Below are positions 1-12,320 of a DNA stretch of 64,000 bases, one piece after another (position 1 is the first letter of the stretch; every line of letters starts with the position of its first letter). Source of the stretch: the human T2T-CHM13v2.0 reference genome, Homo sapiens; the NCBI RefSeq assembly GCF_009914755.1, contig NC_060929.1; one strand, 5' to 3'. The translations under genes were made by a program, and so were the position numbers. The notes under the pieces were generated by a model. The model was not told where the DNA came from. It did not search any database and worked only from the letters and a program-made list of their open reading frames with translations.

Positions 1-344
1 AGGAGGCGAACAGCCCAGTGATAACAGAGCATGCTACCTAGCACTACCCTAGAGAATCTGTATACATCATACACAAAAGTGTTTTTGTAGATCCTGAGAT
101 GTCTTTTATGTCATTGGGTAACATTTTCTCAATGTGTGAGGAACTAAAAAAAAATGTTTACACCCATAATACTAACAAAATTTGTAAATTATCTTCATAG
201 ACACACAGTGGTAGATAGATTAGACATATCTAATTAGAAATATATTTGACTAGCTCAAAAATGTATATACTCTTTAATGTGTAATTTTAATATTAAAAAT
301 GATCTACTATCAATTGTTTGGGTATATCAATAGCAACTAACATT

Positions 345-560
345 AATTGAAATAGATACTTTTCCTAGTGTTTAACAGAAATTATTTCATTGTATTTCAC
401 AGCAACCCAAATAAGTAGGCACTTTCATTATCCTCACGTTAAACATAAGATCACATAAACACAGAGGATTAAGTAAATTCCCCAAGGTTAGATAGCTAGT
501 AACTGGTAAAACCAGAACTTGAAGCTGAAGTTGAAGTCTATAGCCTGTGTATTCAGTTAC
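345..560 (-). mobile_element. MIR SINE fragment
   Basis: Antisense MIR core (cagaggattaagtaaattccccaaggttagatagctagtaactggtaaaaccagaacttgaa); ends approximate. Confidence 0.7.
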
Positions 561-1075
561 CAAAGTACACTACCAGTAAAGAGATAAATGTGTTTTGAAA
601 TTTCAATATATTTGAAATGTTCTAAATATATTCTAAATACTAAGACATCAGAGCATTACTAAATTTTTGCAATCAATTATGTGTACTTTTAATAAAATAA
701 AATGGTCTTAGCATTCCAATTTTAGACTACTTACAAGTAGAACTCTTAGATTTAAGGTTAGAAAAGTCATAATGTTATTTCATACATATTTCTTATTCTA
801 ACCACTGTCCAGTTTTTCTTGCAAGTTTGAAATGGAGTTTGATTGTTGTGGTTAAAACCTGCTTCATATGTATCTTGTTATATCTCATTAGTGGATGTTT
901 GAAATTGCTTTTAAATCTCAGGAACTATTTCAAATTATTTCTGTTATTACATGGTAATAGTACTATATAAAAAATCTCCACCAGTATAAATTTCTATGTA
1001 AACACAGCATATGTGCATATCACATCATAATTAGCATTCTTTAGTTCTTTTGGCAAATATTTTGGGGGTATACAA

Positions 1076-1467
1076 CTCTATGGACTGAATTGTGTCCCCC
1101 CAAAAATCCAATAGTTGAAGCCCTAATCTCTAATGTGACTGTATTTGGAGACAGAATTCTTAAGGAGATAATTAGGTTAAACAAGGTCATAAGAGTGGTG
1201 ACCTAATTCAAGAGAATTGGTATCCTTATAAAGAAAAGAGAGAGATACCAGAGCTCTCTCCTCACCCACACTGAGAAAAGGCCATGTGAGGAAAGAGCGA
1301 GAAGGCAGCCTTCGCCAAGCCAGGAAGATCACCTTCACTGAAAGCAGCCCTCACAACACCTTGATCTAGGACTTTTTAGCTTCCAGAACTGTGAGAAAAT
1401 AAATTTCTGTTGTTTTAGCTAAGCAGTCTGTGGCATTTTGTTATAGCAGCCTAAGCTAATAGAACAC
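1076..1467 (+). mobile_element. MLT1A/B-type MaLR solo LTR
   Basis: Starts ctatggactgaattgtgtcccccc; contains ccagaactgtgagaaaataaatttctgttg and ends ttttgttatagcagcc...aca, as in the MLT1A/B consensus. Confidence 0.9.
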
Positions 1468-1564
1468 ACCACAGACATTTTTAATCACATGACATATTAA
1501 TCTCCAGATAAAATCAGTGTTGACATCATTTCAACACACTAAAGAGATAAAATAAAAGCTAGTT

Positions 1565-1621
<57 letters not shown>
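1565..1621. repeat. Compound microsatellite (CA)14(GA)14
   Basis: Read directly from the sequence. Confidence 0.97.
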
Positions 1622-1623
<2 letters not shown>

Positions 1624-3772
1624 CATGTTTTCTCACTTAAAAATAACCCTTTGGTTAACACTGTTTTTTCATCTGGTCCAGACTTGAAGTTAAGCATAAT
1701 ATTTAAAAAAATAAAAGGCCTAGCCAGAATCAAATTTTCAGATCTGTAAAAGAGCTCAATCCAAGCACTAATGAAGTTAAATAAAAAGAGGACTTCGAAT
1801 TGGATTGGATTTGGATTTTTGGATTCAAATCTCAGATCCTGAGCAAATCATGGAACTTTTTACACTACGAGATTATTGTACGTTAAAAGGTAATAACAAT
1901 ACTTTTCTCACTGGTCTGTTGTGATAATCAAATAAGAGAGGATATCTAGAAGCATACCTCGCTTTTCTGGCGACCTGTCAAAGTTCAGCCCTAGGAAACC
2001 TTAGCAAGCTACCGTGGTCGTCACTGTTCCATTTCCACATTCTTATCCTCCAAGAGACGTACTGGCCAAGAGTAGCCTTTGACTCTGTGCTACCAAGTTG
2101 AGTTGCTCTAGGTTGTTGTTGTAAATTCTTTAGTCCAGTTTCACTAAAGCCCCTAGCATTTTATTTTCAGTTAATAGATAACTGTCTAGTTACCTAATTA
2201 TTTATCCCCTCAAGATGAGGTATGAGTTGTAAACCAACTAACTGATAGACTAATTCTTACAAATATCAGAAGATGGGACATTTTCACATTAAATCCTTAA
2301 CAGTGTTAATCGGAGGCCACATCCAAGTGCACACACATACACACATAACACACACTTGGGCACATATATTGTACTTCTTTAATTTTAAAGGATATATTTT
2401 TCAATAAAAACTTTTTTGGTTTCATCTTCATTTGGAATTTAATTAAAATATCCAGCAATTAATCTCAATTCATTTTTGTTTTAATTTTCAGTATTGCAGT
2501 TTTAGTTTTTACTGTTAAATAACCTGTGTCTCTTATATCCTGTAGGTAAACCAAAATAATTAATAATATTAAAGCCTGAGGAAAAGCAGAACTATCTGTG
2601 TCTATTTCCCCAGCATTTCTTGGATAATAAGGCTGAGTAAAAACCATAGCACCACTTCAAAAACCTCCCAGAAAGCTCCTGTCATCTGTTCAAAGTCCCT
2701 AAACCTTTATGTTAAAACTGCAGGATGGCTGCTCTAACAACCTCTTTCCTAGTCTCCTACTTCAAGTTTAAATAGAAATCCTAGTGAGCTCTTCTATACT
2801 TTCCATCATTGGATCTTTGGGGCATAAAGAATGACTTCCTCAGTAGGTTTTCTATTAGGGAAGGAGATTATATCCTTGAGCCTCTTCAAGTAAGGTGCCC
2901 ATGAATTCAACCAAGTTTTCAACATGCTGCTATATAAATGTATTTCAGTCCCTGACTACAGGAACATTTTCTTTGTTCCTGTGCATAATTTAGCTTCTGC
3001 TTCTGTTGTTTTTGAGAAAAAGTTACTGCAATGTAGTAGAAGGAGAACTGGACTGGAAGTAAGCAGACTTGGGATCTAGGTCTCTAATTAGTCGTGGGTA
3101 GGTGGGCCACTTAATACTCTGCTTCCTTCCCCAAGCCTCAAGTCAACCTCAGAATGCCTGCTCTGCCTATATCTCAAGCCCTTGGGATGTTCTAAATACT
3201 GCGATCACATTTAATAAATTCTGTGTGAAATAATCATGAAAGAAATTATTGTCTTTTCATTATGTAAATTCTGACTAATTTACAACACATTTCTGAATCA
3301 GAAACTAACATGAACTCCAATTTTAAAAGATTAAGCACAACCTGGTAATAGCTTAAACTCCCATGACACTTGAAAAATCAGTAAAGCTACCTATCTCTCA
3401 TAAAGTATTTTTCTTGTGAAGGAGTTAAAAGTCAGTGAGAAAAAATAGTTGATTTTCAAATGGCATATGAACTTCTCTCAAGATTAATTTGATCAAATTT
3501 AACCACAGAATAATAGATTTCCTCATGATATCCTTTTCTAAAGCCTTCAGTGACTAGGAAGAAAATCTTAGAATTAATTGAGCAAAAACTACTATGAATT
3601 TATTTCTTATGATTTCAAGTTTTCTGTCCATTCTTTCATATGAGTTTGCACGTTTCTGAGGATTATATTGATTCTTCCAAAAATGATAGTCTTATAACTG
3701 TTGGGAGACAAACTATGTAGATTTCTCCTGGTACTGCATGTGTTGTAAACAGAGACATAAATTACCTTTTTT

Positions 3773-4095
3773 GGCAGGGCGTGGTGGCTCACGCCTGTAA
3801 TCCCAGCACTTTGGGAGGCCGAGGCAAGTGAATCACAAGGTCAGGAGTTCGAGTCCAGCCAGGCCAACATGGTGAAACCCAGTCTCTTCTAAAAATACAA
3901 ATAATTAGATGGACATGGTGGCAGGTGCTTGTAATCGGGAGGCTGAGGCAGGAGAATTGCTTGAATCTGGCTGGTGGAGTTTGCAGTGAGCTAAGATCAT
4001 GCTACTGCACTCCAGCCCGGGCGACAGTGCGAGAATCTGTCTCAAAAATAAATTAAATAAATAAATAAATAAGTAAGTAAATAAATAAATAAGTA
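3773..4095 (+). mobile_element. AluS (Sg/Sc-like) with (TAAA)n tail
   Basis: ggcagggcgtggtggctcacgcctgtaatcccagc... dimeric Alu with ~10-nt deletion in the right arm (ccagctactc missing); degenerate TSD aaattacctttttt / aaatattgcctttttt. Confidence 0.97.
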
Positions 4096-4129
4096 AATAT
4101 TGCCTTTTTTTCCCTAAACAATCCTCTAA

Positions 4130-4551
4130 GAAAGTTTGCAAAGAAAATAGCCTTGGAATATAAATATAATACTTCTCTCCGAGGAAAGGGCAAGTTTGTT
4201 TCTGCCAAGTACAATGAAGATAATATCTTCTTCTGGGGCTTACTGTCAGGTAAGCTTACTGCCCGTTATAAAAGAGTTTGGTTCTTTCATAATGCTCAGA
4301 ATTCCTCCCCAGTAGCACTGCCCATTGCATGAACAGGTGTCATATATCCCGCTTGCATTGCCTTTTGGGATTGAGTCTCAGAAAACCCTCACAAATGTTG
4401 ATACTCTGGTTACCACTATTACTCTAAGAAGTAAATTTCTTTGTCTCTGACCCAGGAATCTCATGCCTTCTGTCACCACCCATAAAATTATGGCAGGCTA
4501 ACTAGATGATTTCAAGTGGGGTAGGATTTTAGATTCTTCACCGTCTCAACA
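4130..4551 (+). mobile_element. Old ERV solo LTR (MER89/MER90/MER92-like; family tentative)
   Basis: 3' end tttgtctctgacccaggaatctcatgccttctg...tggcaggctaact...agattcttcaccgtctcaaca resembles remembered ERV1 LTR U5 ends; 5' boundary approximate. Confidence 0.65.
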
Positions 4552-4994
4552 ATAACAACACCTGAAAAATAATATAAACTATCCTTCTCAACATTTTGTA
4601 TCACTGAATTCCATTGATAAGTTATTGAAAACAATTAAATTTAAGACATTCTCATATTCAGTGATCAAGAAGTTACTATCATAATAAACTTTTATTAGAA
4701 TCCAGCTATTAAAGCCTCATGTACTTAGCCAGGCAACTAAAATAGCCCAAATTGAAATTAGTTGTTCACTTAGACCATAGGGACACCTGGCTCCTTTTAA
4801 ATGTCTTTCTTCTTTCCTTCACTATTGTATAAGACTTCTCATTTTGTTTCTGTCCGTACTTTTTTTTGAGTAAAACTTGTTTACACTTAGCTCAGAGGAA
4901 CATCTCTATCTAGCATAGAAGACTCAAAACAGAAAGTTAGACAGACTTGAATTTGTAAAATATTGTGTTTGCATAGATTAATAATGTTAATTTT

Positions 4995-5100
4995 CTACAC
5001 CACAGTTTCTTCATCTGTAAAAACAGAATATTAATACCTACCCTATAGACTTAACAATTTTTGTGACAATAGAAGGACTAAGCATTATTAACATGGTATT
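4995..5100 (+). mobile_element. MIR fragment
   Basis: cagtttcttcatctgtaaaaacagaatattaatacctacc matches the MIR core. Confidence 0.65.
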
Positions 5101-6034
5101 GACATGGATGTCATACCTCCCCATCTCCTTTTCTTCCCATTTCCCCCGATCCTGAAAATCTCTGTTCCTCATTCTCTCCTAGGCTAGGTTAATTAATACT
5201 GAGGATAATAGCCTGGTCATGCCTACTTGCACATACCCTGCCCTGGGACTTCAGGGAGATTTTGTCATTTTTAGAGTAGATACTAGACTTTGAGTTTGAA
5301 GAGTAAAGAATGGACAGAAATAGGCAGAACCCAGGTAGCAGAAAATGAGAGAAAAAACTAAGCGAAAGTGAGTTATATAGGTAAAGAAGAAGGAGAGATA
5401 AAATAAGAGGCAGGAAAGAGTGAAGGCAAGGCATTCCTGGGGAACTCTAGCAAATTGAGCTCTGGAGAGTCTGGAAAAGGTGCAAAAAAAAAAATTGGGG
5501 AGGAGATAACAGAAAGTAGGAAAGTATTGTTAAGGGTTACCACTAGGATTCCCAAGATATGTAATTAAGAAATAATTTGTAATTTGGAGATAGTGGCAGA
5601 AGATAGTGGCTGTTGAAATGTGGTTCTTTGAATGCAATATTATCCTAAGTTTAAATCATGTAGATCCACAGTATCAGTACTTACATTTAAGCTATACATA
5701 AACCATTATATCATGTTCTCAACAAAGAGTGTGATCTTTATTTTTCCTGCTATTCCAGAATTAATATGAAAAGAGGAATATAAAAGAGACCTAGATTCCA
5801 CTGTCAAAGGTAACTAAGATATTTATTTGTATTTGCACCACGCCCTGTAAGAATGATAGTATAAAAGCTGTGAAAGTTCTCATTGTCAATCTGAAATGAC
5901 TCCACTCTCTTTGAATAATGCACACCTCCCAGTTACCCAACAGCTCCTTCCTTTGAGTGCTGTGATGAGGCTAGGTTAGGCCCTCAGTGGGAGTCATATT
6001 AGTCAGGTCATTACAGATACAGGATCATTGTCAT

Positions 6035-6165
6035 TAGGTATTAATTAACTACTATATGGCAAGCACTACATTATGCACATCATATGTTTTATTGCATTTA
6101 TTTCTCACAATACATGAGGTGATAAGTATTATTATCATGATCACCTCCATTTTACAATAGAGTGG
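6035..6165 (-). mobile_element. MIR fragment
   Basis: Antisense MIR 3' part (ttctcacaatacatgaggtgataagtattattatc...ccattttaca). Confidence 0.65.
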
Positions 6166-6593
6166 GAAGCAGGCTGAATAAGCTCTGAACTCCCCCTGGC
6201 TCAACAGGTCTTATGAATCCAGATGACTACTCACCAGTATAAATGGAAATCCCAAAATTTGTTTAGGGTGACTGATTTTAGCTCCAGAATGGGGCAGGAA
6301 TGAGTCTGAAATTTGGCATTCTTAAAGAGTACAGCAGCTTGTCAAATACTATGTGTGTAGGATGGGCACTAGAATCTCTATTTCTCCTGTCTTTTTAAGA
6401 TGTTTTAATCAGTTTATTATATCTTGTGATTAAACATTTTAAATACGTATATTCTTGCCCGTTTGGTTCTTAATAATGCTTGTTCATCTTCTAAGCATTT
6501 TTGACTATTGTAAACTTTATTCTTGTAATGAAATAGCCAAGACTGCTTGCAGTATTTCAATGTGGTTTTGTATTTTGTATCTTTCTGTCATAG

Positions 6594-6661
6594 ATAAACT
6601 TTCACGTCTGGCTGCAATGTTAATATCATCTCACAGACAGGCACTAAACGTAGGGGAGATG
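6594..6661 (+). other. Candidate 68-nt spliced exon (probably non-coding)
   Basis: Acceptor gttttgtattttgtatctttctgtcatAG (6592-6593) and donor ATG|gtgagc (6662) in repeat-free DNA; no transcript evidence. Confidence 0.25.
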
Positions 6662-7225
6662 GTGAGCCATCACTTAGATTAAATTCCGTAGGCTTTTTCC
6701 CTCCATTATAAATCTAAGCCATCTGACCTTAACAGCGGGTGCATCCTATTTCAAGAGGTACAGGATTTGGTGAATTGACTAGCCCTACATGATATGCATA
6801 GACTCTATTTTATGACATCCTTGTATATAGCAAAGCCTGACTACAAATATCTTGATATGGCCAAAGGTAGAAGAAAGCTCTCATCAAGCAAAAAGAAAAG
6901 TTTGCTTGTATAAATTAGCAGCCCTTGAATAAACAAGCAGTAATTGCTATAGTAACTTTGCAAATCACAGAAACAATAGGACTACATTTTTTTAACATTT
7001 GAGAATGTCAGTTCATTGCTTCCTGTTTACTTGCAATTATTTGAAAATAACCTGGATAAGTTTATAATCAAGGTATTTCCTCTTGGCTCCCTGGTATACA
7101 TCAGACTGCCTGAGGAGAGGATTGACATCCTAAGGTGTCCAAAGCATAATCAGTCTTAAGAGCTGCTAATGTTAAAATCCTGACTAATGTTAATCAAAAA
7201 TTTTAAAAAAATCTTCGCTTGTTAA

Positions 7226-7247
7226 ACACACACATACACAGACAGAT

Positions 7248-7275
<28 letters not shown>
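7226..7275. repeat. Interrupted (CA)n microsatellite
   Basis: Read directly from the sequence. Confidence 0.92.
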
Positions 7276-7278
<3 letters not shown>

Positions 7279-7472
7279 GATAACATTAGTTTTCAAAACA
7301 CAGCTGGTAAATGATATTGTCTAATTTTACAACTATTTTGGCCCATGTACACTTTGTATACTAAAATTGTGTGTATGCCCATGTCTTTGTGTATGTGCTT
7401 GTTACAACTAGTAGTGAATATAAGCTGTTTAAAATTTGATAAACAACGTCCAGTCTTGGCTAATAGCATACG

Positions 7473-7826
7473 CAGTCACTAACGATGAGGATGCCTTTTG
7501 AGAAATGCATTGTTAGGCGATTTTGCTGTTGTTGTACAAACATCATAGAATGTACTTACACAAACCTACATGGTTTAGCCTACTAGGTTTATATAGATAT
7601 AACCTATTGCTGTATGGTATAAGCTATTGCTGCTAGGCTACAAACCTGTACAGCATGTCACTGTACTGAATACTGTAGGAAGTTGTAGCACAATGGTATT
7701 TGTGTGTCAAAGCATATCTAAACATAGAAAAGATACAGTAAAAATATGGTATTATAATCTTATGGGAGCACTATCATATATGTGGTCCATCTTTCACCAA
7801 AACATTATAATGCAGCATATGACTAT
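7473..7826 (+). mobile_element. Tigger3a-type (Tc1/mariner-Tigger) non-autonomous DNA transposon
   Basis: cagtc...gagaaatgcattgttaggcgatttt...aggctacaaacctgtacagcatgtcactgtactgaatactgtagg...catatgact; terminal cagtca/tgact inverted ends. Confidence 0.9.
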
Positions 7827-7918
7827 TGTTAGCAAAAGTAAAAACATCAGAAGAACACATGTAACCTTCAGATAAGAACACTTTAAACAAACAAACAAAA
7901 AAACTTTATAAAATTTTG

Positions 7919-8219
7919 GGCCAGGCGCAGTGGCTCACACAAGTAATCCGAGCACTTTGGGAGGCAGAGGCGGGTGGATCATGAGGTCAGGGGTTTGAGA
8001 CCAGCCTGACCAACATTGTGAAACCCCGACTCTACTAAAAATACAAAAATTAGCTGGGCATGGTGGCAGGCCCTGCAATCCCAGCTACTCAGGAGGCTGA
8101 AGCGGGAGAATTGCTTGCACCCAGGAGGCGGATGTTACAGTGAGCCAAGATCGCTTCATTGCACTCCAGCCTGGGCGACAGAGCGAGACTCCATCTCAAA
8201 AAAAAAAAAAAAAAAAAAA
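7919..8219 (+). mobile_element. Full-length AluS with A22 tail
   Basis: ggccaggcgcagtggctcac... central ctactaaaaatacaaaaattagc linker and pure poly(A) tail. Confidence 0.98.
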
Positions 8220-8519
8220 CTTTTGTTATGGGCCAGGATTGGGTTGATTTATTTATGACTGTGATCTTAGAAAATTTATACAACTTTGCTGAATACTACA
8301 TTAATGATAAATTTTATATATCTAGAGATCTCTGTTCAAATACATATTCAGATATTAGAAACATATTCAATTAGGTGAAAATAGACAGGCCTAAATTACC
8401 AATACCTAAATTATAGCCAGAAATTGCTTGAACCTATATCCCAATAGCCTAACCTTCCTGTCTGCTATGTGCACACTCCCCTTCTGCAGTGGTCCAGCAG
8501 CATTCACCCTGAGCACTCC

Positions 8520-8680
8520 TCTACCATAGCTCTGCTCTGCTGGCTTTACGTGCCTATGTTGCCTCTAGGATACAAACTGCATCAGGGAAGGGACAATATT
8601 TTATGTATATTCATGCCCCTATTACCTTTCATTTTGTTCAATACATAGTGTGACAAATAAGTTTTAGTTGAATTAACAAG
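8520..8680 (+). mobile_element. L2 3' end fragment
   Basis: Degenerate L2 terminus (agggaagggacaatattttatgtatattcatg...aataagttttagttgaatt). Confidence 0.5.
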
Positions 8681-8726
8681 AGTGATGTTAAGAAATTTAA
8701 TGCGTTTTCCTTTCTTACTTTTCCAG

Positions 8727-9024
8727 ATACTGTACACATCAACTCCTTACTGGAGTCTACTTTAAGCAGCCACTTGCCAAGATAGAGATTTGACCAGGTT
8801 ACAGAAGATACTGGGGATAGAGCTGAGAAAATATTCAGGGACTGTCACTTGAAAAGGAGATTAGTCAGCACAATTATAACTTTGCAATCTAGGTTATTGT
8901 TTTGACACAGGCATTTTGATTCTTTTCCCTCCTCCTCCATCATATCAATAGCCAGGCTCTGATGGTCAAGCTCTAGAGCCTACCATTAAAGCTTAGGATA
9001 GTCAGGAAAAAGGGAGGCTATCAG
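8727..9024 (+). other. Candidate 298-nt spliced exon (non-coding)
   Basis: Strong acceptor ttttcctttcttacttttccAG (8725-8726) and consensus donor CAG|gtgagt (9025); no transcript evidence. Confidence 0.25.
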
Positions 9025-9086
9025 GTGAGTTGAGAAATAAAGAAAAATAAAAGTGCCCTAGGTTGGGTGGAGAATCTTTACCAAGT

Positions 9087-9442
9087 ACTATGGTCTAAAT
9101 GTTTGTGTCCTCCTCAAAATTTGTACATTAAAACCTAATTCCCAAAGTGATGGCATTAGGAAGTGGACCCTTTGGGGGGTGATTAGGTCATAAGGGTGGA
9201 GCCCTCATGAATGGATTAGTGCCTTTATAAGGGGCTGAAGAGACCAGAGTTCTTCCCTTCCACCATGTGAGGAAACAGCAAAAAGTTACCTTCTGTGAGG
9301 AAAAGAGCCCTCACCAGACACCAGATCTACCGTTGCCTTGATCTTGGACTTCCCAGCCTCCAGAACCAGGAGAAATAAATTCCCAATTATAAGCCACCCA
9401 GTTGATGGTATTTTGTTATAGAAGTCTAAATGGGCTACAATA
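9087..9442 (+). mobile_element. MLT1A0-type MaLR solo LTR
   Basis: tactatggtctaaatgtttgtgtcc...gattaggtcataagggtggagccctcatgaat...cttggacttcccagcctccagaac...gtattttgttatag. Confidence 0.9.
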
Positions 9443-9612
9443 CCAAGGGAAATTGTATGAAAAATACGTGAAGAATTAATTCTGGCTAAGAAGAGAAGAC
9501 ACATTGTGTAAGTTGAGCTAAATACAGAAGGAAAGGGTCTCCTGTGCTGCTAACTGCTTTGAGGCTTGAGGAGGTGTCCAGCTTCCAGTAGCCCTGCTTC
9601 AATTAGAGCAGC

Positions 9613-10193
9613 TGTTGATGGCTGATGTGAGACCTCAGTTCTTGTCTTCTTAGTTTAGAAGAATTTAAACTAGAGACACACAGCAAAGGAGATGTAGCAT
9701 AATCTATTGCAAAAGGAAAATAATATTTTTTAAATTAGGTGCAAATTTTCTCTCCCTGAGAGAAAGAATTCAGGGGGTGTTGCTCGTAAGGATGAGACAG
9801 CAAAGACTGGCACTAGGGAGACTATGGGAGTCTTACATGATTATTCATAAGAAGGTGGAAAGAGGTGTTGCTAGCAAGCATGTTCTGGGTGGTCTTCTGG
9901 GTGCACATGTGCAGTAGCTGTACATGTTTGTTCATATGTCACATGTCTCATTAGCATCTTAAATGTCCACCCAGGGGTGTGTTTTTTACTATTACATTGA
10001 GCAAAGAATCAGTTTGAGGACAGGTAAAACCAAAGTGCACATGTTCTCTACAGGGGAAATTTCCCTCTGAAGACAGCTTTGCTTGAATGGGCTCAATTAC
10101 AATGCAAATGCTGAAGCTTATTGTGTTGATTGTACGGTTACCAGAGTTGCTGCGTCCTGAGGACAAGGTCATTTTCTTGACTATCCTGCCTCA
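9613..10193 (-). mobile_element. ERV1 solo LTR (LTR29-like; family tentative)
   Basis: TG...CA termini; the minus strand begins tgaggcaggatagtcaag and ends ...cagccatcaaca; ~580 bp. Confidence 0.8.
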
Positions 10194-10564
10194 CCATTGC
10201 CGCATGGAGGTAGAGATACAGCACTGTCAGGCAGAGGGAGGCCCTGCTCTGGAATATTTCACAATCTGTGTTAGTTCTTATTGCACAAGAATGCTGAGTT
10301 GAGAGACTTGCTGATAGGCCCACCACAGAAGAACAAGTTGACACCTGGGAAAAGGCTGTGGGTAGATCACTAGTCCAAGCCCCTGCATGGAGGAAGTGGC
10401 AGATGTTTAGAGAGTGACAAATAAGGGAGACCAAGTTAGCCAAGAGTGATGCCCATTGCCAAGTGGGGGCATTGCCAAAAGAATAGACACCCAATTACAT
10501 GAGCTTCAGTCTTCATTATTAGAAGCACTAGGATGCTCTCTAGGAAGTACGCTTGTATGACGCA

Positions 10565-10710
10565 GGCTACTATTTTTATTATTATTCTTCCTATATTAGA
10601 GATGAGGAAACTGAGATTAAGTAACTTTTCCAGTTCAGTCTGCTAGTAAGTGGCAGAACTGACAGTGAAACTGAGGCAGTCTGGCTTGTGGATTTGTTTC
10701 ACTTTAAATT
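10565..10710 (-). mobile_element. MIR fragment
   Basis: agatgaggaaactgagattaagtaacttttcc...gctagtaagtggcagaactg antisense MIR core. Confidence 0.8.
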
Positions 10711-10829
10711 AGTATCTCAAATGGGATAATTTAGAATCTCAACTGAAAATTCAGGACTACAAGCAATCCTATAATACTCTTGAGTAAAAATTCCTACTCT
10801 CTGAGATAAATCCCGTTTTTCTTAAAGAT

Positions 10830-11800
10830 TCCCCATCTCTACTGCATTTTCTACTACTATCCCTTTTCTGAGCTGAGTCCTTTGTCATGTCATCATTCTC
10901 TTATTCTCTATCTTAAAAACACACACACACAAACAAAACTAGACAAAACAAAAACCTGTCTTGATTCGTGTCTCCTCTGCACCCAATATTTAAATTATCT
11001 GTTTTCATCTATAGTAAAACTTCTCAAATGAGTTGTACATTGTTATGGAGTAAATGTTAGCACCCCTTCCCCCTCCAGCCCGGACTCCCACCCTTGGTCA
11101 CTGCCAAACTCATATGTTGAAGTGCTAACTCCCTATGTTTTAGTATTTAGAGACAGGTCCTTTGGAAGGTAATTAGGGTTAAATGAGATCATGAAGGTAA
11201 TTAGGGTTAGATTAATTAGGGTTTGGGCCTTCCTGATGGGATTAGAGGCCCTATACAATGAGGATCTCTCTTTCTTTCTCTCTCACCACATACATGCACC
11301 CAGGAAAGGCCATATGAGGATACAAAAGGGAGGCAGGTTGTGTGAACTAGGAAGAGAGCCTTCACCAGAACATGAATTGGATGGCATTTTGGTCTTGCTT
11401 TTCACACCCTCCAAAACCTAAGAAATCCATTTCTACTGTTTCAGCCAGTCAGTTTATGGTATTTTGTTATGGCAGCCAGAGCAGACTAAGATATCATACT
11501 TACTCATTTCTAGTGGTTATTTTTTTCAGTAAACCAGATCAGCCCTTTCCAAGATTATCACTAACATTGGTGTTGACAAATTTAGGTACCTTTCTGTCTA
11601 CATCTTACTGAACTCCTGGTGCATTTAACGTATTTCCTCACACTCTGCCTTTTGACCTTCATGACCACTCTCTTTTGATATCTGACAATATGTTTTCCTG
11701 ATTTTCCTTTTACACACTCAACAAATTCATCTTTCCCTTCCTTTAAAGTCTTCCCTATATCCCAATGTTCCAAATGAAGTTCAAATTTCTTCATGGGTAT
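10830..11800 (+). mobile_element. L2 fragment interrupted by an MLT1A LTR
   Basis: CT-rich degenerate L2 sequence on both sides of the LTR (aaaacttctcaaatgagttg; gaactcctggtgcatttaac...ttgaccttcatgaccactctc). Confidence 0.55.
11041..11493 (+). mobile_element. MLT1A MaLR solo LTR
   Basis: tgttatggagtaaatgtt...aactcatatgttgaagtgctaac...ggtattttgttatggcagccagagcagactaagata. Confidence 0.9.
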
Positions 11801-12129
11801 TAGGGGGCTTCTTTCGGCATAAGCAGGAATTTTTATGCATCATTTTCCCTCTGGGGATAAATGTCTACTATTAACTTGGCTTTACCCCTATGCTGGTCAC
11901 AACACTGTGTCCTTTCACTGCCTTCATGCCTATAGATGGATCATTCTTAATTCTAGGACTACCTTCCTGCTAATATAGGGTTAATCATGGGAAAAAATGT
12001 TGGGAAAAAATGTTAGGAAATTCCCATCAGGTAAGGGAATTTTAAGATTCTACTATTTAGATTTTTTATTTTGTTATCCCTAATTCTCTGACCCTATTCT
12101 TGGCTTGAAAACCAAGAAAAAATGAATAT

Positions 12130-12320
12130 ACTATAGTGAATATGGACTGAGACAAAATTAGTTTCAAATTCCAATTCTATCATTTATAATCTGTATATCA
12201 ATAGAAAAGTGATTTAACATATCCAAGCATCATTTTACTCATCTTTTAAACTGGGATGATTATAACACCACCACGAAGTTGTTGAATAATTAAACTAGGT
12301 AAAATATGACAGGTCTTTGC
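12130..12320 (+). mobile_element. MIR fragment
   Basis: gtttcaaattccaattctatcatttat...aagtgatttaacatatccaagcatcattttactcatcttttaaactgggatgattataac. Confidence 0.65.
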
